Counted from the first letter of the stretch, positions 1-9,506 are shown. The stretch is 64,000 bases of DNA from Dehalococcoidia bacterium (GCA_012959605.1 DUCU01000085.1:20177-84176), one strand, 5' to 3'. Numbers and translations: made by a program. Notes: generated by a model not told the origin, from the letters alone.

Positions 1-262
1 CAGACGTACATGCCGCGAAAAGGCTTGAATAACTTTCGGTATCGCGATTGACCAGTTCATTCAGATCGTGTCCAGAACTGAATGCGGGGCCTTCGGACCG
101 TACAACGACGACTCTTACTGTTGGGTCGTCTCGAATATAATCGAAACTATCTTTCAATTCCGCTAATAAATGGCTTGATAGGGAGTTCCTACTATCTGGG
201 TTATTCAGAGTGAGGCATAAGATGCCGTCAACCTGAGTCCGTAGAAGGAGTTGATTACTCAT
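1..262 (-). CDS. enoyl-CoA hydratase/isomerase (crotonase) family protein, N-terminal part; gene runs off the left edge
   Basis: Hand translation of the reverse strand from ATG at 262 (GAGGGG just upstream): MSNQLLLRTQVDGILCLTLNNPDSRNSLSSHLLAELKDSFDYIRDDPTVRVVVVRSEGPAFSSGHDLNEL. This is the usual crotonase N-terminal pattern. It is not in the ORF track because it is edge-truncated. Confidence 0.6.
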   Translation of the reverse strand, partial: MSNQLLLRTQVDGILCLTLNNPDSRNSLSSHLLAELKDSFDYIRDDPTVRVVVVRSEGPAFSSGHDLNELVNRDTESYSSLFAACTS

Positions 263-402
263 TATGCCCCTCAAATAGTGCGATAGTGGTAGTTATCACA
301 TCGAAATGTCTTGGATCAGACCCGATGCAAAGTCGAGTCAACTTCACGGCTGGACTATGTGGTTCTCGCATCACCTGTCCAAGAAATCTGGATAGCGATC
401 CT

Positions 403-1791
403 TTACAGCCTTATATAACCTTTGGAGCCTTCGATATCAATCTTTGTCCCGAAGGGTTCTGAAGCGTTCTTTAACCATATCAAGATTTCCTCCGCTGCAT
501 CTCCCTCTGCTAATACGGGCCTACCTCTTTGCGGTATTGGTCGTCCGTATCCCAGATCTATGGGATGAAGCACAATCTCTTTCAGGTCGCCGGCGGTGTA
601 ATTACAAACTGCTACCACGCTCTGCCAGAATACTGGATTTCTTGCAAAAGCCCTCGTACCACTGCCCGATCTGGTGTCAAGGTAATCACCAGGAGTTTGA
701 TCATATCCCAGGCCGAAACGCCGGTAAGCTTCATCGGGTAATCGCAATACGCTTTCATTCTGGAAGATGAAATTGCCGAGGCTATAAAAGATCGGCCTGC
801 CTTTATAGATCTCTATCCCCCTTAACAGATGCGGGCCGTGGCCTGCAAATAAAGCGCACCCTTGATCGATGGTCCAATGGGCGAAGTCTACCAGGAATTC
901 GGGCGGCGTTAGTCGGTTCAGGCCATGGAATTCTCCAGTCTGGCCACTTTCATGGCTATGAAAACCGTATATGGTCCAATCTGCTTGCTTCTGCGCTCCT
1001 CTGATCCAATTTCCGATCCCAGACCTATCGCTTTCATTGACTGAAGTTTTGACACCAAACTCCTCGCCTAATACGAATCGGTTATCAAGGAAATGGACTT
1101 CGGAGGACGGGTCGATAGGGTTTTCGTTCCCTCGGAACCCGAACTCCCGTTTTGCTGTGGCAAATCCCTCGTATCCCAATACTTTGTTGGCTTTCTGCAA
1201 AGCGTCAAATACGTCCCGCTCGACGTAGTGCACCACGTCATGTCGTAATGCGTTGACACCCGGCTTTCCTGGAAAATCAGGCCGGCCTGCCCCTGCCCGT
1301 GATTGTTCACTAAAAGTGCTAGTGGCGGACATCACCGCAACCCGACCTCTAGCTGAATCTACGTAGACTGGAGCTCGGGCTTGGTCGATATCCGTACCTC
1401 CACCCGCTGCGGGCAAATCAAAGTCTTTGCAGTGACGAAGCGTGGTTAAAAAACCGCCTTCAGAGAAATCAAACGAATGATTGTTCGCTGTTGTAACCGC
1501 ATCGACCCCCATCCATTTCAGGTCGGACAGATTATGCGGGTCGGACCTTGTGTAGGTAGTATCGGTAAATTGCCAACTGCTTTCATAGTCATGGAAGAGC
1601 ATTTCCAAGTTGACTACGGAAACATCGGCCTTCTTGAGGATATCGATGAGACCTAAGAAGTTAGGCTCGTTGAAAGCGTTCATGCGTCTTGTAATCATGG
1701 CGTCACCTCCAACTGCAATCGATATGTCACCTCGTTCTGCGTTGTATATCATTCGTCTTCTCTTCTTGTACCGCTGTTCCGATCGGTACAT
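403..1791 (-). CDS. CapA/PGA_cap family metallophosphatase-like protein
   Basis: 462-aa ORF with ISIAVGGDAMITRR near the N-terminus, TTANNHSFDF and GFHSHE motifs typical of CapA-family proteins. The alternative start M14 (1752) is possible. Confidence 0.7.
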   Translation of the reverse strand: MYRSEQRYKKRRRMIYNAERGDISIAVGGDAMITRRMNAFNEPNFLGLIDILKKADVSVVNLEMLFHDYESSWQFTDTTYTRSDPHNLSDLKWMGVDAVTTANNHSFDFSEGGFLTTLRHCKDFDLPAAGGGTDIDQARAPVYVDSARGRVAVMSATSTFSEQSRAGAGRPDFPGKPGVNALRHDVVHYVERDVFDALQKANKVLGYEGFATAKREFGFRGNENPIDPSSEVHFLDNRFVLGEEFGVKTSVNESDRSGIGNWIRGAQKQADWTIYGFHSHESGQTGEFHGLNRLTPPEFLVDFAHWTIDQGCALFAGHGPHLLRGIEIYKGRPIFYSLGNFIFQNESVLRLPDEAYRRFGLGYDQTPGDYLDTRSGSGTRAFARNPVFWQSVVAVCNYTAGDLKEIVLHPIDLGYGRPIPQRGRPVLAEGDAAEEILIWLKNASEPFGTKIDIEGSKGYIRL

Positions 1792-1873
1792 CCTCCATTA
1801 CTTGATTTCTTCTTGAATGATCGGGTCATGTTTCGCTCGAATACGACCGACTACCGGCTCGAAAACTACCTTA

Positions 1874-3064
1874 TTAGAGATGAAAGACCTTTGCCAACTT
1901 CTCAATTCCTTCCCGTATTTCGTTTTCGCTGGGAAGAGCGAAGCAGAGCCGGATATAGTTTGCTGCCGCATCAGGATCTGCAGACCAGTCAGGGCCAGGA
2001 TTGTAGGCGACCCCTTCCTCAAGAGCGGTCTGTACCATGTCGCGTGAATCTATCCCTGAAGGTAGCTTGACCCATAAGTACATACCACCACGGGGTTCTT
2101 GGAAATCGACCAAAGGGCCAAAATGTTCTCGTAAAGCAGCACTCAGTACATCACATTTCCGCTTGAGGGCGCTACGCATGTCTAGGATATGTTCATCATA
2201 ATGATTCGAGAAATAATCACCCACAATCATCTGATCCATGACACCGGTTCCCGCGTCGCTCTTTTTAGATATTAGTCGGCTCATGACATCCCATGACGCT
2301 ACGACATATCCGAGCCGAAGCCCTGGTCCTAGAGACTTAGAAAACGACCCTATATGTAAAACTCGATTAGAATCATCTAACGACCTTATCGCTTTTTCGC
2401 ATTCACCTTCAAAGATGAGATCTGCGTAACATTCATCTTCGAATATCGGTACTTCATACTCCTCACTGAGCTTGATTAGTTGGTATCGGCGTTCCATGGT
2501 CATCACGGTGCCGGTTGGATTTTGCAGAGTTGGAATCGTGTAGATGTATTTGGGCCGGATCCCGTTTGTTTTCAGATTCTCTAGGATATCTTTCAGACGG
2601 TCCATCCGGATCCCGCTCTCGTCAATATCGACCCCGACGAAATTAACCCTACGACGTCTCAGGTTCGACAATGCACCAGCAAAGGTGAAGGATTCTACGA
2701 TTACAGTGTCTCCTTCGTCCAATAAAATTTCGTTGATAAGCTCTATGCCTTGACCAGAACCAGAAGTAATGAGGATCTCTTCGGTAGTGACGTGTATTCC
2801 TCGCTCGGTAGCCAATTTCTCAACTAGGAAGCTACGCAATGAAAGGACCCCCTGAGGACCTCCATCAAAGTTATACATTGCGATGTTTCTCGCGTCGCCC
2901 TTAAATACATTGGTAGCAGACTCGATGAAACTGTCCATAGGTACTAGGTCTGGGTCGCTATGGCCACCGATGAAATTATATTTCGGATGGCCTTGCCACT
3001 TGCCCGAAGGAGAAGAGAGGTCTTTGTTAAAAAGAGTTGAATAGTCGATGTTTCTACCTGCCAT
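1874..3064 (-). CDS. PLP-dependent aminotransferase (class I/II fold)
   Basis: 396-aa ORF. SFSKSLGPGLRLGYV contains the SxSK PLP-lysine motif, and YIYTIPTLQNPTG is typical of this family. An AGGA RBS lies upstream. Confidence 0.8.
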   Translation of the reverse strand: MAGRNIDYSTLFNKDLSSPSGKWQGHPKYNFIGGHSDPDLVPMDSFIESATNVFKGDARNIAMYNFDGGPQGVLSLRSFLVEKLATERGIHVTTEEILITSGSGQGIELINEILLDEGDTVIVESFTFAGALSNLRRRRVNFVGVDIDESGIRMDRLKDILENLKTNGIRPKYIYTIPTLQNPTGTVMTMERRYQLIKLSEEYEVPIFEDECYADLIFEGECEKAIRSLDDSNRVLHIGSFSKSLGPGLRLGYVVASWDVMSRLISKKSDAGTGVMDQMIVGDYFSNHYDEHILDMRSALKRKCDVLSAALREHFGPLVDFQEPRGGMYLWVKLPSGIDSRDMVQTALEEGVAYNPGPDWSADPDAAANYIRLCFALPSENEIREGIEKLAKVFHL

Positions 3065-3098
3065 ATAACACGTCCTACAATTGAGCTATTCACGGACC

Positions 3099-3344
3099 TT
3101 ATTCGCGGAACCACCTGAATGCTGAGTACACGAAGCTGACAGCCAACGCTGGAAGGCGTGTGCCGGAGGAGAACCCCTGTCCCTTTACATCTATAATCCG
3201 GGCCGTCTCCGAGTCCGCAGAATCTCTCCGGAAAATATGGACTGTGGTTACTTCCACACCCACCGTACCGAAGAATCCGGGGTTGCTAATCCCACCCACA
3301 ACGAGCCTGGTTTTAATTAGATGGTCTACCGGTTGAAACCTCTT
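3099..3344 (-). pseudogene. relic of a D-aminoacylase-type amidohydrolase (N-terminal about 80 codons only)
   Basis: The frame reads ..VDHLIKTRLVVGGISNPGFFGTVGVEVTTVHIFRRDSADSETARIIDVKGQGFSSG... This aligns by eye with the N-terminus of the intact gene at 36500..38071 (MLDLLINNGIIVDGTGNPGFYGSVGVSGDTISIFRG..EATRVIDAKRKVVCPGFID). No start codon remains after an in-frame TGA at about 3345-3347, and the frame stops before the HxH metal motif. Confidence 0.5.
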
Positions 3345-3366
3345 TCAGAGCCAAATAGTGGGAACC

Positions 3367-3861
3367 CTAAACAGAACGGACCTTAGCCCAGCCAGAGTCG
3401 AATGGTGTATTGAAGATTCCGGTAGACTTCTTGCTCTTGAACATCCAATGGCCGTCCACGCGAACGTACTCCTCATCGTCGATACCCGCCCGCCACATGG
3501 CCTGGTCGCCGTCTCCCACCGTGCAGGGCATGAACAGGTACCAACGCGCCCTTGCTGTATCTCCAGTGACTTCTATCTGGGGATTCAGGCTGTAGTGGAT
3601 GGCGAAGGTGAATATCTCGGAAGCTCCCCGGAAAAAATCGCGGATGGATTCTTTTCCCTCGAACCGTCCCAGAGGCCCGCTCTCCCAGACCGCGTCATCG
3701 ACGAACAGGGCAGCGATCCCATCTGGGTTGTAGTCGTCGTCGCACAGCTCGGCGTATCTGGCCTTCAGGTTCCGAATGGCGTCAGTATCCTCTACGGCCC
3801 TGATCCGGCTTTCGAGATCCTCAAGCTTGCCAATGATATCTGAATTAGTCTGAGCAGTCAT
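3367..3861 (-). CDS. SnoaL-like / NTF2-fold protein
   Basis: 164-aa ORF. DTDAIRNLKARYAELCDDDYNPDGIAALFVDDAVWE is the characteristic SnoaL_4-type opening. A GGAGGG RBS is present. Confidence 0.7.
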   Translation of the reverse strand: MTAQTNSDIIGKLEDLESRIRAVEDTDAIRNLKARYAELCDDDYNPDGIAALFVDDAVWESGPLGRFEGKESIRDFFRGASEIFTFAIHYSLNPQIEVTGDTARARWYLFMPCTVGDGDQAMWRAGIDDEEYVRVDGHWMFKSKKSTGIFNTPFDSGWAKVRSV

Positions 3862-4238
3862 GGTTGTTTCCCTCCGCTATTTAGAGTTAGTAAAAGGTAA
3901 ATGCGTCGCGATGATGATTACCCATCTTTTACCGCAATGCCAGTCAACTGCGGAACATAAGCAACAAAGAACTTAGCATGGAACTTTGGACTAGAATCGC
4001 TGGTATATAAGGATTTGATGATTCACTTGTTGGGGAAGAAAAGCGAATAGGAACGATCATATCCTTGGCCACTTTGGCCGTATCGACTGCGGCCTTGGTT
4101 CTAGTATTAATGTTTTTCGTCACAGGGCACTGGGAGTCTCGTGAACCTGATGTAGAACACCCTCAAGACCTTACTGTAACTATGCTTTAAACACTGGTTG
4201 GAAACCACGCTAACGTACTAACCAAGGCTAATGGGATC

Positions 4239-4505
4239 ATGGGCGAAAATATTGAGACCGTGTCTACGATTCCCGGTTGGGGATGTTTTTGGATCCAAAT
4301 GATAGATGACGGCAAAGCCAGGGTAGCAGCTAATGCAGGGTACACTCCGGCTCAGTCTTATAGTTACAACCGAATTAGCGACGTTTGGTTGGTCACTTCA
4401 GTAGATTTGTTCTGTGAGAACGGGATAGAGACCTGGACCGTCGATGACAACTCCGGGGAAATCTCCTACGGGCGCTCAGACGACGAGATTTCTATCATGC
4501 GTTAG
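4239..4505 (+). CDS. hypothetical protein (weak call)
   Basis: 88-aa ORF in a low-coding, lower-GC stretch (3862-4637). No motif recognised. Confidence 0.2.
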   Translation: MGENIETVSTIPGWGCFWIQMIDDGKARVAANAGYTPAQSYSYNRISDVWLVTSVDLFCENGIETWTVDDNSGEISYGRSDDEISIMR

Positions 4506-4637
4506 ATATTATCCATATCACAAGCATTTGCTATACATGGACTGCTGTTCATCGTCGTGCTGATGGCGTTGGCTAGTCCGCCGACGTCTGACGATCAATG
4601 CGTGCCAGTAATGTGGGAAGTCACCCGGTTCAAAAGA

Positions 4638-5198
4638 CTACACCGGTAAGAAAGGCTCATCGGAAGGAGGTGGAAGTTGCTCGAAAGCGTTGATGTTGAA
4701 TGCAAGCACCGAGTAATAGCCCATCAAATTGGTCAATTCCACTAACCCCCGTGCGCCAAACTCATCCAACGCGGCGTCAAAGGTAGTTTGAGAGACTCGG
4801 CGAGTTCGGAAGAATTCCCTGCCATAGTTGATAACCGCTGACTCTGCAGACGACAAAGCGGGCAACTCTTGTTTATCTCGCAATGCATCAACTAGAGCGT
4901 CGCTCAGACCCGCCCGTCGACCGGCGGCTGCATGGGCGTGCCAAATGAATTGGCAATCAAGTTCACGAGCGGTCGTTATCATAGCCAACTCTGCGACATT
5001 GTCCGGCAACGTTGAACCGTCGGACCTTAGGTAGGCTCTAAGGGCTTCGCCTCGTTGAGCTATCTCAGGGACATGGAGTTGTACGGCCACTGGCCCAAAT
5101 TCAGGGACAACCCCACTTCGAACGGACACTACGGCGTCGAAAGCGTCAACTTGATCCTGCGGCACTTTTCCGCGTGAGGCGATTGGAAAACGTGGCAT
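4638..5198 (-). CDS. carboxymuconolactone decarboxylase (CMD/AhpD-like) family protein
   Basis: 186-aa ORF. LAMITTARELDCQFIWHAHAAAGRRAGLSDALVDAL matches the CMD-domain pattern. An AAGGAG RBS is present. Confidence 0.7.
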   Translation of the reverse strand: MPRFPIASRGKVPQDQVDAFDAVVSVRSGVVPEFGPVAVQLHVPEIAQRGEALRAYLRSDGSTLPDNVAELAMITTARELDCQFIWHAHAAAGRRAGLSDALVDALRDKQELPALSSAESAVINYGREFFRTRRVSQTTFDAALDEFGARGLVELTNLMGYYSVLAFNINAFEQLPPPSDEPFLPV

Positions 5199-5522
5199 GA
5201 CTAGAGCTCCTTGAAATCTATGATTCCTCGGATACTACATCCGCACTGACATCTAGGCAACTCAGTTGGTTGAATATCGTCCGAACTTTAGAACTGTCAA
5301 CCCAGATGGATATAAACATCCACTAGACGATTGAGGGGTGAGTCCTTAACACCAGCAAATAGGAATCGAACTTACGTTTGAAGTCGGTTGATGGTCCACC
5401 GATACGACAAGACAACATTTGATTCAACTTGACAAGGTTCGACTGATCAACCTTCATCTATAAAAATCACTGGGTTGCCAACAGTCCATAGCGGGCCGAC
5501 CGCATACTGCGCCGCCCGACGC

Positions 5523-5551
5523 TTGCGCATGAACGTGGCTGTGCCTATAAT
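5523..5551 (+). promoter_or_regulatory. sigma70-like promoter for the tRNA cluster
   Basis: TTGCGC (5523-5528), a 17-nt spacer, then TATAAT (5546-5551), about 20 nt upstream of the first tRNA. Confidence 0.45.
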
Positions 5552-5572
5552 TTATCTTGTCCCAAAGGCAAG

Positions 5573-5648
5573 GGGCGGTTAGCTCAGTGGTTAGAGCGCC
5601 TCGTTCACACCGAGGAGGTCGGAGGTTCGACCCCTCCATCGCCCACCA
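5573..5648 (+). tRNA. tRNA-Val (anticodon CAC), CCA encoded
   Basis: Cloverleaf folded by hand. Acceptor GGGCGGT/ATCGCCC, D-arm GCTCAGTGGTTAGAGC, anticodon stem CCTCG/CGAGG with loop TTCACAC, T-arm GGAGGTTCGACCCCTCC. Confidence 0.9.
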
Positions 5649-5709
5649 TGCAGTTTGGGACCGCACGAGTCCAGCCTAGGATCCATAAGGATTAGCCTGG
5701 CTCTCTCGG

Positions 5710-5795
5710 GCCGAGGTGGCGGAACGGCAGACGCGCTGCGTTCAGGGCGCAGTGTCCTTACGGATGTGTGGGTTCAAATCCCACCCTCGGCACCA
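5710..5795 (+). tRNA. tRNA-Leu (anticodon CAG), long variable arm, CCA encoded
   Basis: Acceptor GCCGAGG/CCTCGGC, anticodon stem CTGCG/CGCAG with loop TTCAGGG, long variable arm, T-loop GGTTCAAATCC. Confidence 0.9.
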
Positions 5796-5831
5796 CCATA
5801 GCTAACAGCCACTAGTTGAAAGCTAAACATT

Positions 5832-5907
5832 GCGCTTGTAGCTCAGCGGATAGAGCACTGGCTTGCGGAGCCAGGGGTCGTGGGTTCAAATCCCGCCAAG
5901 CGCACCA
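5832..5907 (+). tRNA. tRNA-Arg (anticodon GCG), CCA encoded
   Basis: Acceptor GCGCTTG/CAAGCGC, anticodon stem CTGGC/GCCAG with loop TTGCGGA, giving anticodon GCG. T-arm GTGGGTTCAAATCCCGC. Confidence 0.85.
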
Positions 5908-5921
5908 TTTGCATTTATTAA

Positions 5922-5955
5922 AGGCCCTCAGAAAACGTCTGAGGGCCTTTTGTTT
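5922..5955 (+). terminator. rho-independent terminator of the tRNA operon
   Basis: AGGCCCTCAG / CTGAGGGCCT 10-bp stem with a 7-nt loop, followed by TTTTGTTT. Confidence 0.75.
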
Positions 5956-6031
5956 GAGAATTCGGGAACTCCGAAGTTTTGAGACATTTATGTATGTCAT
6001 TAGTTAGGACATTTCTGGTTGGTTTGGGAAA

Positions 6032-7333
6032 TTGAATAATCTCCCTCTGATTATTGCCAGGTATTGTAGCCCCCGGTTGCCCTTCTATTACGGGTGGGTG
6101 GTGGTGTTTGCTGCTGGCACCACCGTCTTTGCCAGAATGGCACCCTCGGTGTTTGTCCTTGGTATTTTCCTGTCTCCTATCGCCGATGAATTTGGCTGGA
6201 GTCGCACCCTAATTGCCGGCGCGGTCAGCGTGGGTGCTGTGGCATCCATGGTTCTCTCTCCGATCATTGGCTGGGCGGTGGACCGCTACGGGGCGGGCAT
6301 TATATTGACGGTCAGCATGGTGGTTCTGGGTGTGGCCGTAATATCCCTTGCCTGGGCCACAGTCCCTTTATTCTTCTATCTGGGGTTCGCCACCGGCCGG
6401 ATTATCTTCCATGTTCCGGTGCAGATTGGTTCCGGTGCCGTGGTTTCTAGATGGTTCATACGTAAGAGAGGCCGGGCCATTGGAGTGCTCTATCTGTCGG
6501 GGGCCATTGGCGGTATCGTCTGCATTCAAATCGCATCCATCGCCCTTTCTAATTGGGGAATCGGCGCCGCCTGGGTCGCTTTGGGGGTTACAGTACTGGG
6601 GGTCGCGGTTTTACCATCGGCGTTGCTGATTGTGGACCGCCCGGAAGATGTTGGACTGGAACCAGATGGCCTGCCGTCCGGCCCGCCCGAATCCATGCCG
6701 GTCTATCTACAACTGACTCAAGACCCGATTGAGATTGATTGGACACTCCGCGAGGCCATGGGCACCAAATCCTTGTGGATCATGGTCGGCGTGGTCGGGA
6801 CGCTATTTATGACCCAGGCCGGGGTCTCAGTGCACATCGGAGCGTTCTACCAGGACCGGGGACTTGGTATTACGGCCGTGGCTTCTGCGATCACCATCAA
6901 TGGAATTGTCAGCGGAATCGGCAGCCTGGTTTGGGGAGCAATCATCGAGCGTGCTCCGGTGCAGCGGGTTATGGTTGTCTTGATGGTACTGAGCGCCACT
7001 TCCACCTTTCTGCTCTTCACCGTTCATTCTCTGGCCGCTGCATTCGCCGTTTCGGCGGTCATCGGAGTTGTCGCCGCTGGTGGAAACGTCATACCGCCAG
7101 TGGCCTACGCTTCTTATTTTGGCCGTCGGTCTATCGGCAGTATTAGAGGCATCGGCGAAACTGGAGTACAGGTGGGCCAGACTATTGGCCCGTTACTATC
7201 CGGGTTGGCCTTCGATATAAATGGCAGCTACAAAGTAGCTTTCCTGACTTTTGCCATCGTGGCATTGATTGGCAGCGTGGTAATCGCTACAGCCAGCCCT
7301 CCGTCCAAGCCGAATCAATTTTCAAGTCCCTGA
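6032..7333 (+). CDS. MFS transporter
   Basis: 433-aa highly hydrophobic ORF with about 12 predicted helices. The FYYGWVVV opening and a central hydrophilic loop match MFS topology. TTG start. Confidence 0.8.
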   Translation: MNNLPLIIARYCSPRLPFYYGWVVVFAAGTTVFARMAPSVFVLGIFLSPIADEFGWSRTLIAGAVSVGAVASMVLSPIIGWAVDRYGAGIILTVSMVVLGVAVISLAWATVPLFFYLGFATGRIIFHVPVQIGSGAVVSRWFIRKRGRAIGVLYLSGAIGGIVCIQIASIALSNWGIGAAWVALGVTVLGVAVLPSALLIVDRPEDVGLEPDGLPSGPPESMPVYLQLTQDPIEIDWTLREAMGTKSLWIMVGVVGTLFMTQAGVSVHIGAFYQDRGLGITAVASAITINGIVSGIGSLVWGAIIERAPVQRVMVVLMVLSATSTFLLFTVHSLAAAFAVSAVIGVVAAGGNVIPPVAYASYFGRRSIGSIRGIGETGVQVGQTIGPLLSGLAFDINGSYKVAFLTFAIVALIGSVVIATASPPSKPNQFSSP

Positions 7334-7411
7334 CAGCGCTGCGCTTTGTGGTAATATCTCGGGAGTACGCTTAGAGTGATTTCAACGCTCTAAATATTGG
7401 GAGGATTTTGA

Positions 7412-7876
7412 ATGGCTACAATGATTGACGGTGAGTCATATTTGGGCAGAGTACTGGTTCAGCCTTTGGACGAGGCAGGGGATATCACGATTTATCTCTG
7501 GCCCGTTCGCTGCCTGAAGAGCAAGATGGGTGGCCCGACCTTCGGCATCGATGTCAATGGTGTTGAGGCGATCCGCTATGACCCCCACGGTCCTCGCGGC
7601 CACTGGCACCGAGGCGGTTATGACAAACTGGGCGCAGGTGGGTCTCATGTCGAGTTCCCTGACGACGTCCGTGATATCGAAGGGCAAATTTCCTGGGGTC
7701 TTGACCAGATTAAAGAGAACGGCGCCGATATGCTGGCTGAGGCCGGCTTCGCCGATGCCGCCAAGTCATTGGACTTGGAGAAAGTCGGAGCAGCTTCCGC
7801 AGCCATCAAGGAACGCCTCGCGGAAGACCCAAACCTAATAGGCAAGGCGATTGAGCAAGGACTGATCAACGCTTAG
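7412..7876 (+). CDS. hypothetical protein
   Basis: 154-aa ORF with a GGAGG-like RBS (GGGAGGATTTTGA ATG). No motif recognised. Confidence 0.5.
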   Translation: MATMIDGESYLGRVLVQPLDEAGDITIYLWPVRCLKSKMGGPTFGIDVNGVEAIRYDPHGPRGHWHRGGYDKLGAGGSHVEFPDDVRDIEGQISWGLDQIKENGADMLAEAGFADAAKSLDLEKVGAASAAIKERLAEDPNLIGKAIEQGLINA

Positions 7877-7919
7877 AGTCTTTACCCAGAGTCTTGGTCC
7901 AATAGCCCTAGCAACCATT

Positions 7920-7960
7920 GGCCGGTGTCCCTTCATGTAGGGGGCACCGGCCTTATTGAT
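7920..7960 (+). terminator. putative rho-independent terminator
   Basis: GGCCGGTG(T)CCC ... GGG(G)CACCGGCC hairpin followed by TTATTGATT. Confidence 0.45.
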
Positions 7961-7978
7961 TAGGAGAAAGGTAAAACG

Positions 7979-8317
7979 ATGGCAGTAGACCAATGGCAAT
8001 CGCGCATCGAGGCTCTGGAGGGCAAGGTAACCGACCTGGAGGCTCGTCTGGACCTCAAAAACAAGGAAGTGGCCTACATGTATATCCACTCCAACTGGGC
8101 TCTGATCCGATGGTACCTGGCACGGGAACAGGACCGCTCCGGTGAAGGGTCAGAAATCTACGTCAGGACCAAGAACGCCGAGACGTTGATCGACCGTCAG
8201 CTATCCCGTAACCTACGCGATGTCCACTTCGCCTCCGACCCAATGGAAGTGGCCTACCGCTGGCGCATCGAGTCCACGGTCATCCTGAAGGAGAACGGGT
8301 ACACGTTCTTTGACTAG
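7979..8317 (+). CDS. hypothetical protein (coiled-coil-like N-terminus)
   Basis: 112-aa ORF with an AGGAGAAAGG RBS. The N-terminal heptad-like segment is QSRIEALEGKVTDLEARLDLK. No family recognised. Confidence 0.45.
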   Translation: MAVDQWQSRIEALEGKVTDLEARLDLKNKEVAYMYIHSNWALIRWYLAREQDRSGEGSEIYVRTKNAETLIDRQLSRNLRDVHFASDPMEVAYRWRIESTVILKENGYTFFD

Positions 8318-8340
8318 GACCCTGCCGGTCTTCGCAGTGG

Positions 8341-8656
8341 ATGCAAATTCTTAATGCGCATGAGATTTCCAAACCTGACGTTCTATGGCTGGCCTAGCAG
8401 AGTTAACAGTCCTCATCGGGAAGAACGATTCCGGAAAGTCTTCAATTTTGGAAGCCCTGAGAATGCTTTTCGAGTGGTCTAGAGGGGCATCCGCCAGCTC
8501 CGATATCAGTCAATTGAGCGGCACAGAATATCTTTGGTTTGGAGCTGAGCCTGGAGAAAACCTCAATTGGCGGAGTACATTGGAATGCACCTAACAGAAG
8601 AACAGATCGACTCCGAATTAGCTGGCTTTATTCAGCTTATTTTAGCCAAGGAATAA
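8341..8656 (+). pseudogene. degraded AAA-family ATPase (AAA_15/OLD-like N-terminus), fragmented over several frames
   Basis: The 69-aa piece carries LTVLIGKNDSGKSSILEAL, a Walker A motif in the context typical of OLD/AAA_15 ATPases, then stops. A second frame continues HLTEEQIDSELAGFIQLILAKE and stops at 8654-8656. There are several stops upstream, and the surrounding DNA is AT-richer. Confidence 0.5.
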
Positions 8657-8858
8657 GTCAATCAATCATGCTGACAATCATAGACGTACTTAAAAACAAA
8701 GAAAAATTCGTAGCTCGTAATTTATTTCGTACCTGTTGAGCGGTTCGTTTCTAGATTGACCCAAATTGTTATGTGCCCCGTGCAGGCACAATACTTAGAA
8801 AGGCACCTTTTGATAACAGAAGTTATATGAATGGCCTGGACAAAATTTTCGGCCACCA

Positions 8859-9506
8859 TCACCCATCCCATACAACCTCTCCCAACCTCACATCATTATT
8901 AACAACAACCGACGCCGCTCCCTCCGGCTCGTCGCGTTGGAAGTGCAATCTCTGGGCGGGGTTGTATATGGTGCGGTAGTCACGGGTGGTTTCCTCTGGG
9001 GGCAGACCTTCTTGGCCTCGGGCTATGGCGCGCTGTAGGGCGGTTTCGAAGGTGCAGTCGATCCATACTGTGCGGTCATAGTAGGGACGGAAGTCGCGTT
9101 TTAGTAGGTAGATGCCCTCCAGCAGGATTACGTCCACGTCTCTGAAGTTGAGGGTGCGGCGCTCGTACTCGGTGGATAGCTCATCGGCGTAGTTGATCTC
9201 CACTTGCAGAGAGCGGTTCTCGCGAAGCGGCAGGACTACGCCGGAGAACATCTCCTCGAACCGGATGGAGTTGTTGTAGTAATGCTCCAGCGGGTTGGCG
9301 AGGTCGAAGCGGTCAATGTTCAGCCACGAGTCAACGCCGATGGCCACGGCGTTCACGCCCAACCGCTGCAGTTCAGCCTCCAGACGCTCCGTGAAATAAC
9401 CCTTGCCGCCAGCGTCGATGCCCGAAATGGCCGTCAGCACGCTACGTTCCAGGGGCACCGTCCGCCGGGCGTCCAGTATCTCGTCGACCACCTGCTTGAG
9501 TGTCAC
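8859..9506 (-). CDS. P-loop nucleoside/nucleotide kinase (uridine kinase/PRK-like)
   Basis: 215-aa ORF. ISGIDAGGKGYF is P-loop-like, and VILLEGIYLLKRDFRPYYDRTVWIDC matches the uridine-kinase-family core. Confidence 0.55.
   Translation of the reverse strand: MTLKQVVDEILDARRTVPLERSVLTAISGIDAGGKGYFTERLEAELQRLGVNAVAIGVDSWLNIDRFDLANPLEHYYNNSIRFEEMFSGVVLPLRENRSLQVEINYADELSTEYERRTLNFRDVDVILLEGIYLLKRDFRPYYDRTVWIDCTFETALQRAIARGQEGLPPEETTRDYRTIYNPAQRLHFQRDEPEGAASVVVNNDVRLGEVVWDG

Noticed and set aside
5454-6007. ORFs 5454..5666(-), 5812..6000(-), 5816..6007(+)
   Set aside because: They overlap the three tRNA genes and the terminator, so they are artefacts.
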